Notes: generated by a model not told the origin, from the letters alone. A stretch of 63,828 bases of DNA, filler included, from Vannella sp. (GCA_023345925.1; 7 parts of 7 records of this genome joined end to end with filler, not necessarily neighbours in it), one strand, 5' to 3'; positions 35,845-48,272 are shown, numbered from the whole stretch's first letter. A program made the numbers and translations.

Positions 35845-38800
35845 ATGGCGCGCCGAGACGTCTCCCTCGTCTTGGGAACGGACGACTTAGTGGAGCTGGT
35901 TGTACCCCCCTTTGGTACTTCGTACCACGAAGAAGAAGCGGGAGAAGCCGGGGCGGCAGGAGGGTACGCTTACAAGGACATGTCAGACCGATACATCCTT
36001 TGGCGCATCCACGGGCGGGCTTTGGAGCTTTTTGAACACTTTGAGTTGAAGGATCTACAAGGAGGATCTCTCTTGTTGTCCTTTGGCTCCATGCTTGTCC
36101 CCAATGCGCGTTTGATAGAGGGAGACCAAGATGGCGCGCCAGCGCTCTTCCTCTTCGTCCTTTCTGAGGACCACACCTTGTACCGGTTCTGCTTTGCACA
36201 CCCATCAGGATCTTCTATCAAGGTGAGGGCTTGGATTCACCATTCCTGCTGCTTCTGACGTCCACAGGCTGGGCGATCAGTCTTTCCCTCCAAGCTCAGC
36301 TCCAGAACTCTCCAGCACGTCACTGGAGTGGCAAATGGGGGTTCAGTTGAGTGCTTTGACGTCCTCTCACCCACAGAGCTCGTCATTGGAAGCGCCAACG
36401 GAAGCCTTACGCTTTGTAGCTTACAAACTCAGGGCAGAGAAGGTACGATCTCCCTCCGTTGGCTTCCCATAGCTAATCCAGAGGGCTGCCAGGTCTCTCT
36501 CACACCGAGAGGGTGCTCAAGAACACAGGCTTCCTCTCTAAGTTCTGGAATAGCATGAGCCTGAGGTAGGGAAGAGGACATCTCGGTGGCAGATTCTCAT
36601 TCCTCGTTTTCCAGCTCCTCTGGTGATGCAGCTGATGCCATCAAGTCTATCCTTGTGGACAGCGTAGTGATCACACTCTGTGCGGACAAGAAGCTGCGAG
36701 TGTGGGACTATCGACGCCAAGTTCTCTCTCAAACGGAAGATCTACCGGTAGAGGAGGAGCTTGTACCTCTCAGACTACAGCTAAAGAGCGCACGCACAGG
36801 AAAGGAGGGCGCGTCTCTCTTAGTTGCAGCTCGTGTGGACTTGGAGGAAGGTTCTCCGCCTGCAGGGCGTTCGGATTTCTTCGTCTACCTTCTGGAGGAT
36901 GGTCGATTGAACTTCCTCTTCTCTGTAGCGCCACCAGAGATTGATGTGGCTGACTTTGGACTGACAGAGACGACGCTCTGGGCAACAGGAACGCATTCCA
37001 CGGGCACATTCCTCACTCTGACTTGCCCAATCGCTAACAGTCGCATTCTCTCTGCACAGGCCCTCACAGAGTGGCAGAGCTCTTCTGTCTCTTCCATAGA
37101 TGCGTGGGAGAAGGTCCTTTCCCAACATTACACTCATCTACGTGAAGACTCGATCTCAGAGAACACTCTGAACCCTGCTGAAGCATTCCTCGATCGTATC
37201 TTCTACCCAGATCGCTTCTCCTTGGACGTGATCGTCCATTCTGCTCGGGAATTGGGCCTGTTGAAAGAAGAGGAAGTCTCCTATCAGGAGATTTTCACAG
37301 TCCCCAAGCTGCGCAGGATGATCTGTGAAGCATTGGGGAGAAGTGATGATATAATGGACGAGGATGTTGGAGACTACACCCGCTGGAAGAGTCTCTTGGA
37401 CTGCTGCGAGCAAAATAGGAACCAATTAGCGGACCCAGAAGGACTCTTCATCTCTGGGGACAATGCGATTGTCATCAATCGAGAGAGTGCATTGTTGATT
37501 CGCCCATGCACACCACTCGAAGAGATCCAGCGCTCTTTTGTTTACAGCGAATTCAATGGGAGGGAGCAACTTGATATTGACTTGCTGGAAACAACAGCCA
37601 ACGACTCTTCAGACCAGCTGCACCAGCTTTTCAGCTGCGCTCATTTACTGATGTCCCTGGTTGAGCCCGAACTGCTCTCCAACTTGGACCAGGAGGTACT
37701 TCATTTGAATGAAGCCGGCCCCTACTTTGCCGAATGTGTGCAGTCACTTTATTGCTCTGCCCAAAGCTCAGAAACTCAAGTAGTCCTTGATAGAGTCAGT
37801 GCTATGTACCGTCAGCTTCAAAACCCGGCTCTTCTGATAGAAGAATTCTTCTCCAATTGCCTTTATAGCGACTATCAATGCCCCTCAGGAGAGAGGTGCA
37901 CCTTTAGCACGGCTTATCGCCAAACGATTGCTTCCTCCTTCCTCCAAGTCTGTGAGGCCAACTATTTTGTTGCCAGGGCGGTAACATTCCTTTTGTTCTT
38001 CCTCTCTCGAATGCGGGGCCGCTTCCAGTGCGATCAATTCCTGTCGAATCTGATTCCCTACTCTCTTGAAACGACTCACCGACTTGCATTGCTGCGTTGG
38101 GTTGCTCTGAAAGAGCTCTTTCTCACAAACACCGAAGGGCTCTTAGAGTCCCGCTCATTGATTGGCCTTTACCTTTCGATAGCTCCTCTCACAGTCCCTA
38201 TTGGTGAGTCAGATGGAGGAATGACTAACCTCCTGCACCAACTGACTGCCCGGTTCCTCAGTCAGTGCAAGGACATGCTCGCTCAATCTCGTGTCGAATT
38301 GAATGTTCAAATAAGCTATCTGGAATGCTTCTTGGAGGCAGAGGAGCAAAATACTGTTCTTCTCGAGTACCTTCAGATCCAAGCCAGCCAAAGTGTCCAA
38401 TCTTTGTACTTCAAAGGCAAAGCTTATCTGAACTTAATCCAGTTCGAAAGAGCTTCCGATTGCTTCACTCAGGCTGCTTACAACATGCAAGGAAATGAGC
38501 TTTATCAGTATTACAGGCATGTGGCTGCCCAGTTTGAGGCCAAACTCCCCAACCGACAAGCTATTGAGTTTATTGTAGCGGCTATTCGGGTGTCTTCTGC
38601 AGCGGAAGATCTCTCGCCGTTATGGTCGAGCATCTTTAGAATTGCACTTCAACAGGCTGACTATCAATTGGCTTATGATGCGATGCTCTACTGCGGATCC
38701 TCAGCAGAGAGCAACATGCGTGCTCTTGTCGACGAGTTGTGCACTCAAAATCGCTTAGATCTCTTGTGCTTTGACGAGGGCTTCTCCTTCCCCTGGGCGG

Positions 38801-40069
38801 GGATGGTAGCTTACTCATATCGAGGTTCTTTAGTCTCCATTCCCATAGTTGATGCAGTAGATCGCCATTTGCAAGATCTAGCCCTTCGTTTGGATGTCCT
38901 CCAGCGACCTAATTACTACACAATCCTCTACTCCTTCCACTCTTTCCGCGGAAACTACTCCAAAGGTTTGTTCCTCTTTGCCTCCACGCACAATCTAACA
39001 AACCGTATCTTCTAGCGGGGCAAGCCATGATTGACTATGCGAAAAGACTGGGAAAATGCAGTGCAAGAGACATCCCCTTCGAAGAGAGACTACAAATGCA
39101 GGCAAAATGCTACTTGGCAGCGCTCAATCTCTTCCGCCAGATTGGTTCTGACTTTTGCTGGAGCGAAGAATCCTTCCAAACACGTGATGTGGAGTTTCCT
39201 CCCGCTTCCCCTAAACGCATGAGGGATGGAGAGGACGGTTACCTTGATGTAACCTCATTACCCAAGCCTGCACCCCGAGAATTCTATACATTGAAAGACC
39301 TGAAGCGTCGCTATGTCGTCACGAACTCGCAGCTTATCTTGGTTAAGCGTGGAGTGCTGCGTTCCGCACAAATCCTGAGCGAAACAGACACTCTCTCGCT
39401 TCTTGTTGATGGCAATGAATTCGAGAAGGCCATTCTCCTTGCCAAGTTGTGCGATAATGATACTGAGTGCTTTGGACTCACTCTGGTGTTCCGCAAGATG
39501 GCAGATAATGCCATCAGCCTCTACGATGAGTGAGTCTCCTTCCCCCTTCCCACTTCCTTGACTGAATTATGTTTAGGAGGGTGATTGCTTCCGCCTGGAA
39601 CAATCTCCAGGTCCAACTGAATCGCTATGACGACTCGGACAACAAACCCTACCATTTAGCGGTACTGAAACAGTGTCTCTCCCACCGTTATCCCTTCCCA
39701 GATTGGGTTTTGGAAACGGCCAGTACAAACGCTGGGGCCACTTTGAGGTTACTGTTGATCCATCATCGATTCAGTGAAGCAGCAGAGGTTGTCTTGGACT
39801 TATTGCAACAGCCAGCCTCGATCAGCAGCCCCAAACCCAGTCTGCCCTTCACTCAAATTGATCAGCTTTTGCTTCAGCAGGATGTGGGGGACGACTGCGA
39901 GGAGAAGCTTCATCAGATCCGAGATCTGATGAGAACCGACAGAGAACCCTATTCAGATGAAGATGCAGATGAAGACGCAGAGGGAGATGGACTGGGCGAT
40001 GGGATGGACGAGGAATACGATTACCGCCGCGACCGCGCAACTGCCCTCCCAACGGATGCCCTCCTCTAA
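35845..40069 (+). CDS. NUP160: Nucleoporin Nup160-like; multi-exon
   Basis: DRYILWR...LEL, TLCADKKLRVWD, RIFYPDRFS, LYQYYRHV, LWSSIFRIAL...AYDAM, NYYTILYSFHSFRGNY, QAKCYLAALN, SPKR. Confidence 0.8.
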
Positions 40070-40315
40070 CCTAGCTCTTGCTCGCTGTTCCTCTTCATAA
40101 ATCGCATGCAAACGACTTCCACAGTGCCGCCCCTTGCCGCTCCCATGCGCTGCCAGAATGCCTTCCAGTGGACCAAAAGTGTCTCTGCGAAGGGACAAGG
40201 CTTGTTGTCGAGGTTCTACAGCAGGACCTTCATCTACAAACCAACAGTATGATCATCTGCTCAACAGAAAGGACATTTCACTTGAAAGGGGCTCATTTCC
40301 CCCTGCACCCTCGTG

Positions 40316-41779
40316 ATGGGCAACTCTCCCTCAACGGGCTTTGATGCACACGCGGACTCTTCGCCTTCCATCGAGTCGGAAGATACGAGAGTTGATGTGG
40401 ACGCCCTCTCTGACTTGGCTCGGGATAATCGGGAGAAGATGAAGTCGTTCCCCGTGCAGATGGCGGATGGGGACCACTTTCTCTGTGGGTCTGCGCTAAC
40501 AGACTCTCTCGGAGGAGAAGGAGAGTACTATTTAGTGGGTCTGGATAGGAGTATTGGCTCTACGGAGCCCCTCGACACGGACGAAGAATGGTTCTTGATT
40601 CGATCAACCAACTCAGAAGAAGGAGGCCTCCCAGAAGAACCGGACTCCCGTCCAACCAAGAAGCTCGAGATAGTCGACGCACAGCCATCATGGTGGAACC
40701 GTTGGACCTCTCCAGAGCAACTAACGCCAGCATCCTCCGCCATTGGGTCAACAGAGAAGGAAGAACAGCTCCAGAGGGAGGTGAAAGCTCTTCAAGCTCA
40801 AGTGAATATCCTTAATCTCAAGTGGGAGCAAGTCATGTCAATGTCTCGACACTCTTCTGACCGTTCCACGAGCAATCACTATGTCACTTTATCCACTTCT
40901 CCATCAAATACCTCCCACCTGGCCTATGGCATACCTTCCCAGGGTCTTATTGGCCATAACAACATCCCAGCTATCCAAGGAGGACCATCCCCAGCCGCTA
41001 CAGGACCAGTTCTGTCTGTTCTCCCAGGCAATCCGATTCCCCCTGAAGTGCAAGTGCACCCTTCCCAACCTATCGAAGAATCTCTACCGAATCTAGTCAC
41101 TCCATTGATCCCTCCCCCGCCAGTAAGTGTACTTCCTCCTCCTCCACCACCACCTGCTCTCGATCTTCCGAGCTCCCCAATGAGCAGGGTAGAGAGAAAG
41201 AAGAAGAGCGGAAAGGCTGCTCTCTCAGAAACGCAAATATCGCAAGAAGTGATGCTGCTGATAGCAGCCTCTGACTTGCTCCCCAAGAATCATTCAATCG
41301 CTCACAAAAACTTCCTCGCAGCCTTTCCTGACAACGGTGGGTCGAGAATATTACAACGGCTCGTTGAAAACTATCATTTTCTCATCAAAAAGTACCCTCT
41401 CAATCCTTCCCACTGCTTCCAAACGATGCTTCGATGGGAGAAAGGACTTTTCTCCAATCTTCCAGTCTCAGAGGCAGCCAAAATCAGAAAGAATAAGTGG
41501 TATGAGATTGCTACACTCGAAAAGGAAGAAGACATTCAAAGGCAGATCAACTCGATTCTCATCCTTATCGAACGCAAAAAGAAAGAAGAGAAAGAACGCC
41601 ACTTGGCTGCCGCTGCTGGAGAGCTCCAAAACTCTGTTATCGATGAACTGAAGCAAAAACAGCAATCTTTTAGGGGCGCTGCAGAAGAAGAGCAGGCTAG
41701 AACTGAGCTTGCTGAACTCAAGCCAAATTGTATTGATATGAATGACTCGATGTTATTCCTTTCCATGTGCGAAGATTAA
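40316..41779 (+). CDS. Hypothetical protein: MGxxxS N-terminus, coiled coil, polyproline, helical C-terminus
   Basis: Intronless ~487-aa ORF; MGNSPS, LQREVKALQAQVNIL, PPPPPPP; no family recognised. Confidence 0.7.
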   Translation: MGNSPSTGFDAHADSSPSIESEDTRVDVDALSDLARDNREKMKSFPVQMADGDHFLCGSALTDSLGGEGEYYLVGLDRSIGSTEPLDTDEEWFLIRSTNSEEGGLPEEPDSRPTKKLEIVDAQPSWWNRWTSPEQLTPASSAIGSTEKEEQLQREVKALQAQVNILNLKWEQVMSMSRHSSDRSTSNHYVTLSTSPSNTSHLAYGIPSQGLIGHNNIPAIQGGPSPAATGPVLSVLPGNPIPPEVQVHPSQPIEESLPNLVTPLIPPPPVSVLPPPPPPPALDLPSSPMSRVERKKKSGKAALSETQISQEVMLLIAASDLLPKNHSIAHKNFLAAFPDNGGSRILQRLVENYHFLIKKYPLNPSHCFQTMLRWEKGLFSNLPVSEAAKIRKNKWYEIATLEKEEDIQRQINSILILIERKKKEEKERHLAAAAGELQNSVIDELKQKQQSFRGAAEEEQARTELAELKPNCIDMNDSMLFLSMCED

Positions 41780-41822
41780 GATGGCGCTTCCTTCCGCTAT
41801 GAATGTAGAAACTTTCCTCTCT

Positions 41823-43242
41823 TCAGATTGTGGCGTGGAACACTTTGATGGAGTGGCTTTGGTCCGCCACAAAAAAGTGAAGAGAATCCGACTCCGCTGC
41901 TGTTGCGAGCCAGTTTGTTTTGGAGGAATGACTCATCTCTGCTATTTTCTTTGGCTCCTCTCCTGAGGCATCAGCAGGGTTTGGTTCCGGTTCCTCTTCT
42001 AAAGCGGACTTCTGGGACGGTGGTGGACAAGTGTTCACCTTTGTGGACCCTTTGGGCTTGCTCTTTTTCTTTCCCTTTCCTTGTGCCTTGCGTTTGGGAG
42101 GCTGCGGAATCTTTTGTCGTTCTGGGGCTTGAGAACAAGGTGGGAGCTTCCACAAAGTGATTTGTTTGTCATTTCCTGCAGAGAGCAGAAGATCTGTTCC
42201 TTGCTGGTTCACAAGGCGCACCTGACTTACTGCAGAGCAATGCACTCCCTCCATTATGTGGGTAATCAGCTCTGATTGATCCATAACCAGAGACTGCTTG
42301 GAGTGGTCCACCAGAAAGATTGTTCCGTTCCCGGTTCCAACAGCCAACCGCGGGCCAGAAACGTCAATACTGTAGACGAATTTGGGGTTGACTACCTCCT
42401 GTTGCTGTTCATCTAGCTCCCTGGTCAGTCTCAGGACTTGGTCAGAATCTATTCGCATTGGCTCACCAGCAAAGTTGATACGGAAGCTTTCCTGGCGCTT
42501 TTTGTAGTTCCATTTGGCCACCATGCAGTCCAATCCACCTGTTATGAGCTGACTATCTTGTGTGAACAAGGCTGTCGAGCAAATCTGTCGAGAATCAGCT
42601 TCTTGGTCGTCCAAAGGCGAGCCTCTTTGAGTCTTACAATCTCTGGCTGTTGTGAATGGCTGATCCTTGCTATCGGCTTCATAGAGATGCTTTCCTCAGG
42701 TCTTTGGAGGAGAGAATCGAAGGCTTGCAGAGAGTAAACCGTGCATAATCCAGAGTCGTCGGCCATGGCGACAAACTGACCGTTTGGAGACAAGGAGATC
42801 TGGTTGATCTCATCTTGGTGTTCAGGAAACGAACAAAGAAGGTCCTCTTCCTTGAGTAGAGCCTTGTGAGCGCAGCCATCCTTGCGGAGATCGTAGCAGT
42901 AAGCACGGTTGCCCGCAGCGAGGAAGATCCTCCAATCGGTGGCCCTCGTACGAGAATGAGCGAACTGTACTGCGTTTACCTGAGCATAGATCCCACCCTT
43001 GACTTGAGAAACAGCAGAGAAGGCTACGATCAACATGTCCCCACCTCCTCCTTTCCCGGAGCCCAGAAGCAACAAGAACTTCCGTATCCCCCTTCCCGCA
43101 CATCCCACAGCCGCGCACTTCCATCCTCTGACCCTGATAGAAGACAACGATCCACCTCAGCGGCCAAACCCTTCACCGACGACTCCACACAGAGCACGTC
43201 GCCCTCGTGCCCGCCAAGAGCCTGGACGTGGCGCAGAGCCAT
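41823..43242 (-). CDS. WD40-repeat protein (WDR53-like); multi-exon
   Basis: GGHEGDVLC, LLSGSEDGSARLWDVR, DEINQISL, ADDSG, TGGLDC, VNPKFVYS, LLSAGNDKQITLW, HSSKTNWL. Confidence 0.8.
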
Positions 43243-43275
43243 CCTGAAATAGAGCGAAAGGCGGTCATTTGGGGG

Positions 43276-43918
43276 ATGGCGGTGCAATGCAAGTGGCGGT
43301 GCGAAGGGCGGCGGGCTGGGAGGGCGATAGGTCTGACCTCCTGCATAGGATCGTTCACTCTCTGCTTGAGGAAGACGAGGAACGTGTTTCTAACGTGGAA
43401 GAGGTGGAGGTGGAGGCGGAGCGGGACATCTTCAGTGTGATAACGAGTGCCATAAGCTCGCGTTCACGAACTCTCATCAGTTCTATCCTTGAGGTGGGTG
43501 GTGATCGATAGATACAGCTGTTCTCACATAGTGGAATGCTTAGAAGTACGAACAACGACGTGATGCCGTGTTACTCTTCCAGTCGCTGGCTTTCATCATG
43601 GAACATTGCCGCTTTAACCAGAAACGGTACCTCTTCATCCGCCACAAGTCCCTCAACCCTTGCCCAGACGTGAAACTGGACTTAGAAGACCTCATCAGCT
43701 TCCCCAAACAGTGTTGCAACCGAGGATGCATCAAAGACGGTAAACCCCCTCATTCCTCATTCCCCTTTTGGAGAGCTCACAATCGCGCAGGATTGATTTC
43801 TTGTTCTCTTTGTAAAATTGCGTGCTGGTGCGGGCCAGATTGTTTGGAAAACGATTATGCTGGACATCGGGTGGCGTGCGTCGTTGGAGAACAGATTCTT
43901 CAAGAATTGCATCTTTGA
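43276..43918 (+). CDS. Small protein with C-terminal MYND-type zinc finger; start uncertain
   Basis: CCNRGC...CSLCKIACWCGPDCLENDYAGHRVAC matches the MYND Cys/His spacing. Confidence 0.6.
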
Positions 43919-44397
43919 GGAAAATCGGTCGATTCGATCCATAAACGGGTTTGTTGAATATCGCTTCTCGTAAGGATCGGTCGTTTCAATGAACCTACAG
44001 TGAAGGCATCCACGTTTGGGAAACCCGAATACCAGGATGATTCTCATTCTGTTGGAACAACGTCCATGTCTACGTCCTTCCTCTGCCAGTGCGAATCATG
44101 CCTTTCAAACTGCTCTCCATCTTGTCTTCATTCAAGAGCGCAACTGGGTCCTTGTCCTCACACACAGAAACTCACCATCTTCTTCTGCAGTGGTTGTCTC
44201 TCCGACCGCTCTCTTGCAGCCGTCACAGACCAAGTCTCCCGTTTGCTTCTCCCGCCCAGACCCCTCGAATTGATGACTCGTCACGAGAATTAACTGACCC
44301 CCCTGCATCCCCTTATCCTTTAATCCACAAGGTTGCTTAGATCCATTAAATGTAAATACATCATCCAGATTAATCCCTTTGGCCATTGTGTGGAAGG

Positions 44398-44983
44398 ATG
44401 GGCCATGGAAGGGCCGACGCCCATGAAGGGGAGGACTTTCATTCCTCTTTAGTGAGCCAGGCGGCCAGTCTGCTTGATGGGGAACGGAACTACGTCGCAA
44501 ACTGCGCGAACATGGCTTCTCTCATTTACAACGAGCTTAATGACAAGCTGAAGGGCCACAAGGTCAACTGGGTTGGCTTCTACTTAGTGGACAAGTCAGC
44601 TTCCCTGCCTCGTAAGGTTGCCCTCTCTCTACGTATCATTGCTTAGTTGGTTAGAGCTGGTTCTGGGTCCCTTCATGGGAGAACCCGCTTGCATCCGGAT
44701 CAACATCGGGAGAGGGGTCTGCGGCACAGTGGCTCAGAAGCGTGAAGCGCTTATCGTGGACGATGTCCACGAATTCCCCGGCCACATCGCTTGCGATTCC
44801 CGCAGCAACTCTGAGGTGGTCATCCCCCTGATCGAACCTGTCAGCCAGGAACTCTTGGGAGTGATGGACTTGGACAGTCTCATCCCCAAAGGCTTCAACA
44901 GCACTGATCTCGACGCTCTCCAACAAATCTGCGCTCTCCTCGCATCTGGCTGCGATTGGGGGCCGGTTCTCTCGGCCAAGTAA
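44398..44983 (+). CDS. GAF-domain free methionine-R-sulfoxide reductase (fRMsr/MsrC type)
   Basis: ANCANMASLIY, VNWVGFY, LVLGPFMGEPACIRI..GRGVCG, VDDVHEFPGHIACDSRSNSEVVIP, GVMDLDS. Confidence 0.92.
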
Positions 44984-45074
44984 ACGGCAAGTGGCTCATC
45001 TCTTCCCATTTATTGATCCCCTGTTGCTTAGGAGGCGATAAGGCAACACCCAATGCCGCAGGAGTAGTGTGAGC

Positions 45075-45711
45075 TTAGAGACGTTTGAGAGTCTTCTTCC
45101 GTTGCGCTTGTTGTCGTTGAACCTTCTTGGTGACTGTCTTGGTGGGTCCAGTTGGGCCTGACGAGTTGTCAGTGACCTCCACTTGCTGAGCAACATCACT
45201 CTTGGCGTGGATGGACGTCATCAAGCGAGCTCTGGCCTGGTAATCGTCGTAGGACTCCAACAGAAGGCGACCTGCTTCCTCATTGAGAGCGCTCTCTGGG
45301 TTGGGATGAATAAGCAGGCACTTGATGGTCACTAGTACGTGGCGCAGGCCCATGTCCTCCTTCCAGTCTCGTTTGAGGGTGTTCACGCAGATCTCCCCCG
45401 TGTTCGAGATGTTGGGGTGGAAGATCTTGGTGATGAAGTATCCTTTGGGCGGTGACTGAGGAAAGTCAGCTCCAAAACGTAAGGTGATTCGGAAAGCACC
45501 CTCTTCGAAAGGAGTTCCCACTGGGCCATCGATGATCGCCTGCACCTCGCTGAGGTCATCTTCCACAGGGATGATCTTCACTCCTTCAGGTTGGTTCCTT
45601 GTCAGGTCAGCTACTTCATTCAGAATGCGACGCATAACGGCAGGAGAGATGTTCTCGTTCATTGTGCGATCATAAATGCCTCCCTTTCCCTCCCTCAGAG
45701 CAACTGATGCC
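45075..45711 (-). CDS. UBE2S: Ubiquitin-conjugating enzyme E2 S
   Basis: [27 protein letters not shown]...[35 protein letters not shown]-terminal KKTLKRL. Confidence 0.93.
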
Positions 45712-45909
45712 ATTTCCCGCCTCTTCTCTTCCACTGGCCCAACTCTTTTTACTTCGACAATTTGTGGAATTATAAATGATGTACACAGTGGAGCTCTCGA
45801 TTTCTCCAGGTGCGATAACTCTGGAAAAGCGAAAAATCCGTATCCGCTTTGCTAGCCAATCACATTTATCCACAAACATAACCCTAACCCTATACCCTGG
45901 TTTACTTTC

Positions 45910-46009
45910 NNNNNNNNNNNNNNNNNNNNNNNNNNNNNNNNNNNNNNNNNNNNTTAATTAATTAANNNNNNNNNNNNNNNNNNNNNNNNNNNNNNNNNNN
46001 NNNNNNNNN
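45910..46009. other. Artificial contig-join spacer
   Basis: N44-TTAATTAATTAA-N44. Confidence 0.97.
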
Positions 46010-46172
46010 TTTTCCATTTACTCGTTCAGACCAAGTTTCCGAAAGAAAAAAAAAGTTAAGAGTTTGGCCATTTTTGCCATTTTGGGGTTCATTTCACCTC
46101 GGAAACAAGGCTTCCAAAATAGCATTTGACAACTTTTTATGAGTTTTTAGACCATCTGGCAAAGAATGGGAC

Positions 46173-46529
46173 CAGGCTTCGTGAAAAACGGGTTTGGTCA
46201 TCTAAGTACTGCTGGAGAGCATGAGCGAGAGCCTGGGCAGTGAGAGATGCCTCTTTCCGCTCAAAAGGGAGATCCCCGCGGGTGCGGGTTTTTTGCTTTT
46301 ATTATGGGTTGGTGGGGAAAGCGAGTTTCCTGGAAAAGCAGACAGGACCCAGTTCGCCATTGAGCCCCTGCTTCCGGCGATGCAGCTCAGTCCAGAAGGG
46401 GCAGATTCGCCAGGACTGGACAATTCACCCACTCTCCTATAATCAATGGGCAAAACCCCGCTTTGCGGGTTTTTTGCGGGGGTTTTAGGCTCAAAAACCC
46501 CACTAAAAACCCCCTTTTCACGAAGCCTG
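46173..46529. mobile_element. Non-autonomous DNA transposon (MITE), probably hAT superfamily, 357 bp
   Basis: Perfect 15-bp TIRs CAGGCTTCGTGAAAA (46173-46187) / TTTTCACGAAGCCTG (46515-46529); identical 8-bp flanks AATGGGAC (46165-46172 and 46530-46537); repeated GCGGGTTTTTTGC motifs; no transposase ORF. Confidence 0.88.
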
Positions 46530-46689
46530 AATGGGACATCTCAGGAAAAGTCGCTTTATTGCTCACTAATTACCTTCTGCTGTAATATGTTGAATAACCA
46601 CCCCAAAACCCCAGCCTTTTTTTTTCAGAAACTCGGTCTGGACGCGTAATATTCGTAGGTATTGAACAAAAGGAAAAGCTCCATTTGCT

Positions 46690-48202
46690 ATGGAGGAAGG
46701 GCCTCTGCATCCTTTCGACTTTGAGGCGTGCCAATTACCACGTTTGTCGGTTGAGCAGCTATTGGGCATCGATGGGAGCTTCGCGGGAGTGCAACCAACA
46801 GCAAACTTCTTTCATGAGAGGCTCCACTTCAACGGGGAAGCCGCTTTGTTTGAGATCGATGTGGATGGAGATGAGGTTTCAGGGACAGCGCAACGTGGGC
46901 CCATGCTCTCTTGGAAGGAAGAAAAGGCAAACGTACCTATCCCTGTTAATCGCAAGCTCAACTCTCTTCTCACCTCCATCACAACGTCCGATATCCTGCG
47001 AAGCGCATCCGGAGCCTTCTCTCAAGAGAGTGAACTAGAGCGCAGTTCTACTCCTGAGATCGATGCAAGAGACGACAAGCGCAAGGTGACGGATAAGTGG
47101 GGCTTTGTGGTGGAAGACCCATCAGAGGCGACCACAAACTCGTCGCGTGGCAGCTCCCGAGCTCAAAACAAGCTTGAGGAGAAATGGTTAGACATCCTTC
47201 GCGACTGGAACTCCTATTCAGAGGAGAAGAAGCGACGAATCTGCAAAAAGTTCGTCTTTCCCCGGCCAGGGTCCTCATGCTGACCTTTAATGTGTTTAGG
47301 CGTATTCGCAAAGGTATTCCCAACCGTATTCGAGGAGAGATGTGGAAGGTGGTGCTGGATGTAGCTGAGATGCGCTTGGAAAACCGCGACTTGTTCCAAG
47401 TAAGCTCCTCTCGACCTTCTTGCAGCTCTCCTGACCGCTCAGCGTAGCGGCTACTGGAAGAGGAGTCAGAGTTTGAGAACCAGATTCATATTGACATTCA
47501 CAGAACCCTTCCCCGTCACATCTTCTTCCAGGAGCAAGGCGGAATGGGCCAGACTTCTCTTTTCAACTCCCTCAAAGCCTACTCCGTGTACAACAAGCAG
47601 GTGGGATACTGCCAAGGAATGGGATTCATCATGGCTGTGTTCTTGCTCTATATGACAGAGGAAGACGCCTTCTTCTTGCTCGCACAACTCATCACGAAAC
47701 ACGAAATGAACGGTCTCTTCGAGCCTGGCTTCCCAGCTCTGATCCAATGCCTCTACGTGCATGACCAACTCCTCCAAAGCACTTTACCCCGCCTTGCTGC
47801 CCACTTTGTAAGCCGTACCACCCTCTGAACGGTCTTGCTCACAGAAAACAGGAGGACCAGATGATAGCTGCGAGCATGTATGCCACCAAATGGTACCCAA
47901 CTATGTTCTCTATCTCTCTACCCTTTGAGTTTACCATCCGCATCTGGGATCTATTCATGGTGGATGGCTTCAAAGTGCTCTACAAAGCCGCTCTGACCGT
48001 CCTTCGGCTCCTCCAGAAGGATTTGATCAAAGTGGAGTTCGAAGGGATCATGGATCGACTCAAGAACCTGGGCAAGTACTTGACTGTGACACCAGATGAG
48101 TTCATCACGGTCATGATGGAGTCCAACATCAACGAAAAGCGGTTGACCAAGCTCAACAAGGAGTTCTCCTCCGGACAGGGCGCGGACTGGCAGCCAAGTT
48201 AA
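46690..48202 (+). CDS. TBC-domain Rab GTPase-activating protein; multi-exon
   Basis: DKWGF, RIRKGIPNRIRGEMW, QIHIDIHRTFP, VGYCQGMGFI, EEDAFFLL, YATKWYPTMF, RIWDLFMVDG. Confidence 0.93.
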
Positions 48203-48272
48203 TCGATGAATCAGAGTGACATGCTAATGAAAGTACTGCACGTTTAGAAGCCTCGCGACAGCGGGGGTTGAC

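Noticed and set aside
40807..40814. U12-type 5' splice-site-like ATATCCTT (similar matches near 2914, 18134 on minus, and 59043)
   Set aside because: All lie within continuous coding frames or inside a U2 intron, with no matching TCCTTAAC branch site seen.
43930..44385. Possible small gene between the MYND and fRMsr genes (Cys-rich ORFs on both strands)
   Set aside because: No consistent exon structure or recognisable domain could be assembled.
45879..45897. Telomere-like TAACCCTAACCCTATACCC near a contig end
   Set aside because: Only two perfect units and the wrong orientation for a right-hand chromosome end; at most a promoter telo-box.
46350..46425. HDV-like ribozyme (GGCGAA motifs on the minus strand, crossing helices)
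   Set aside because: Could not build P1.1, P2 and P3 in the required order.
46450..46477. Bacterial rho-independent terminator-like hairpin GCAAAACCCCGC-TTT-GCGGGTTTTTTGC
   Set aside because: Eukaryotic context; better explained as inverted subterminal repeats of the MITE.
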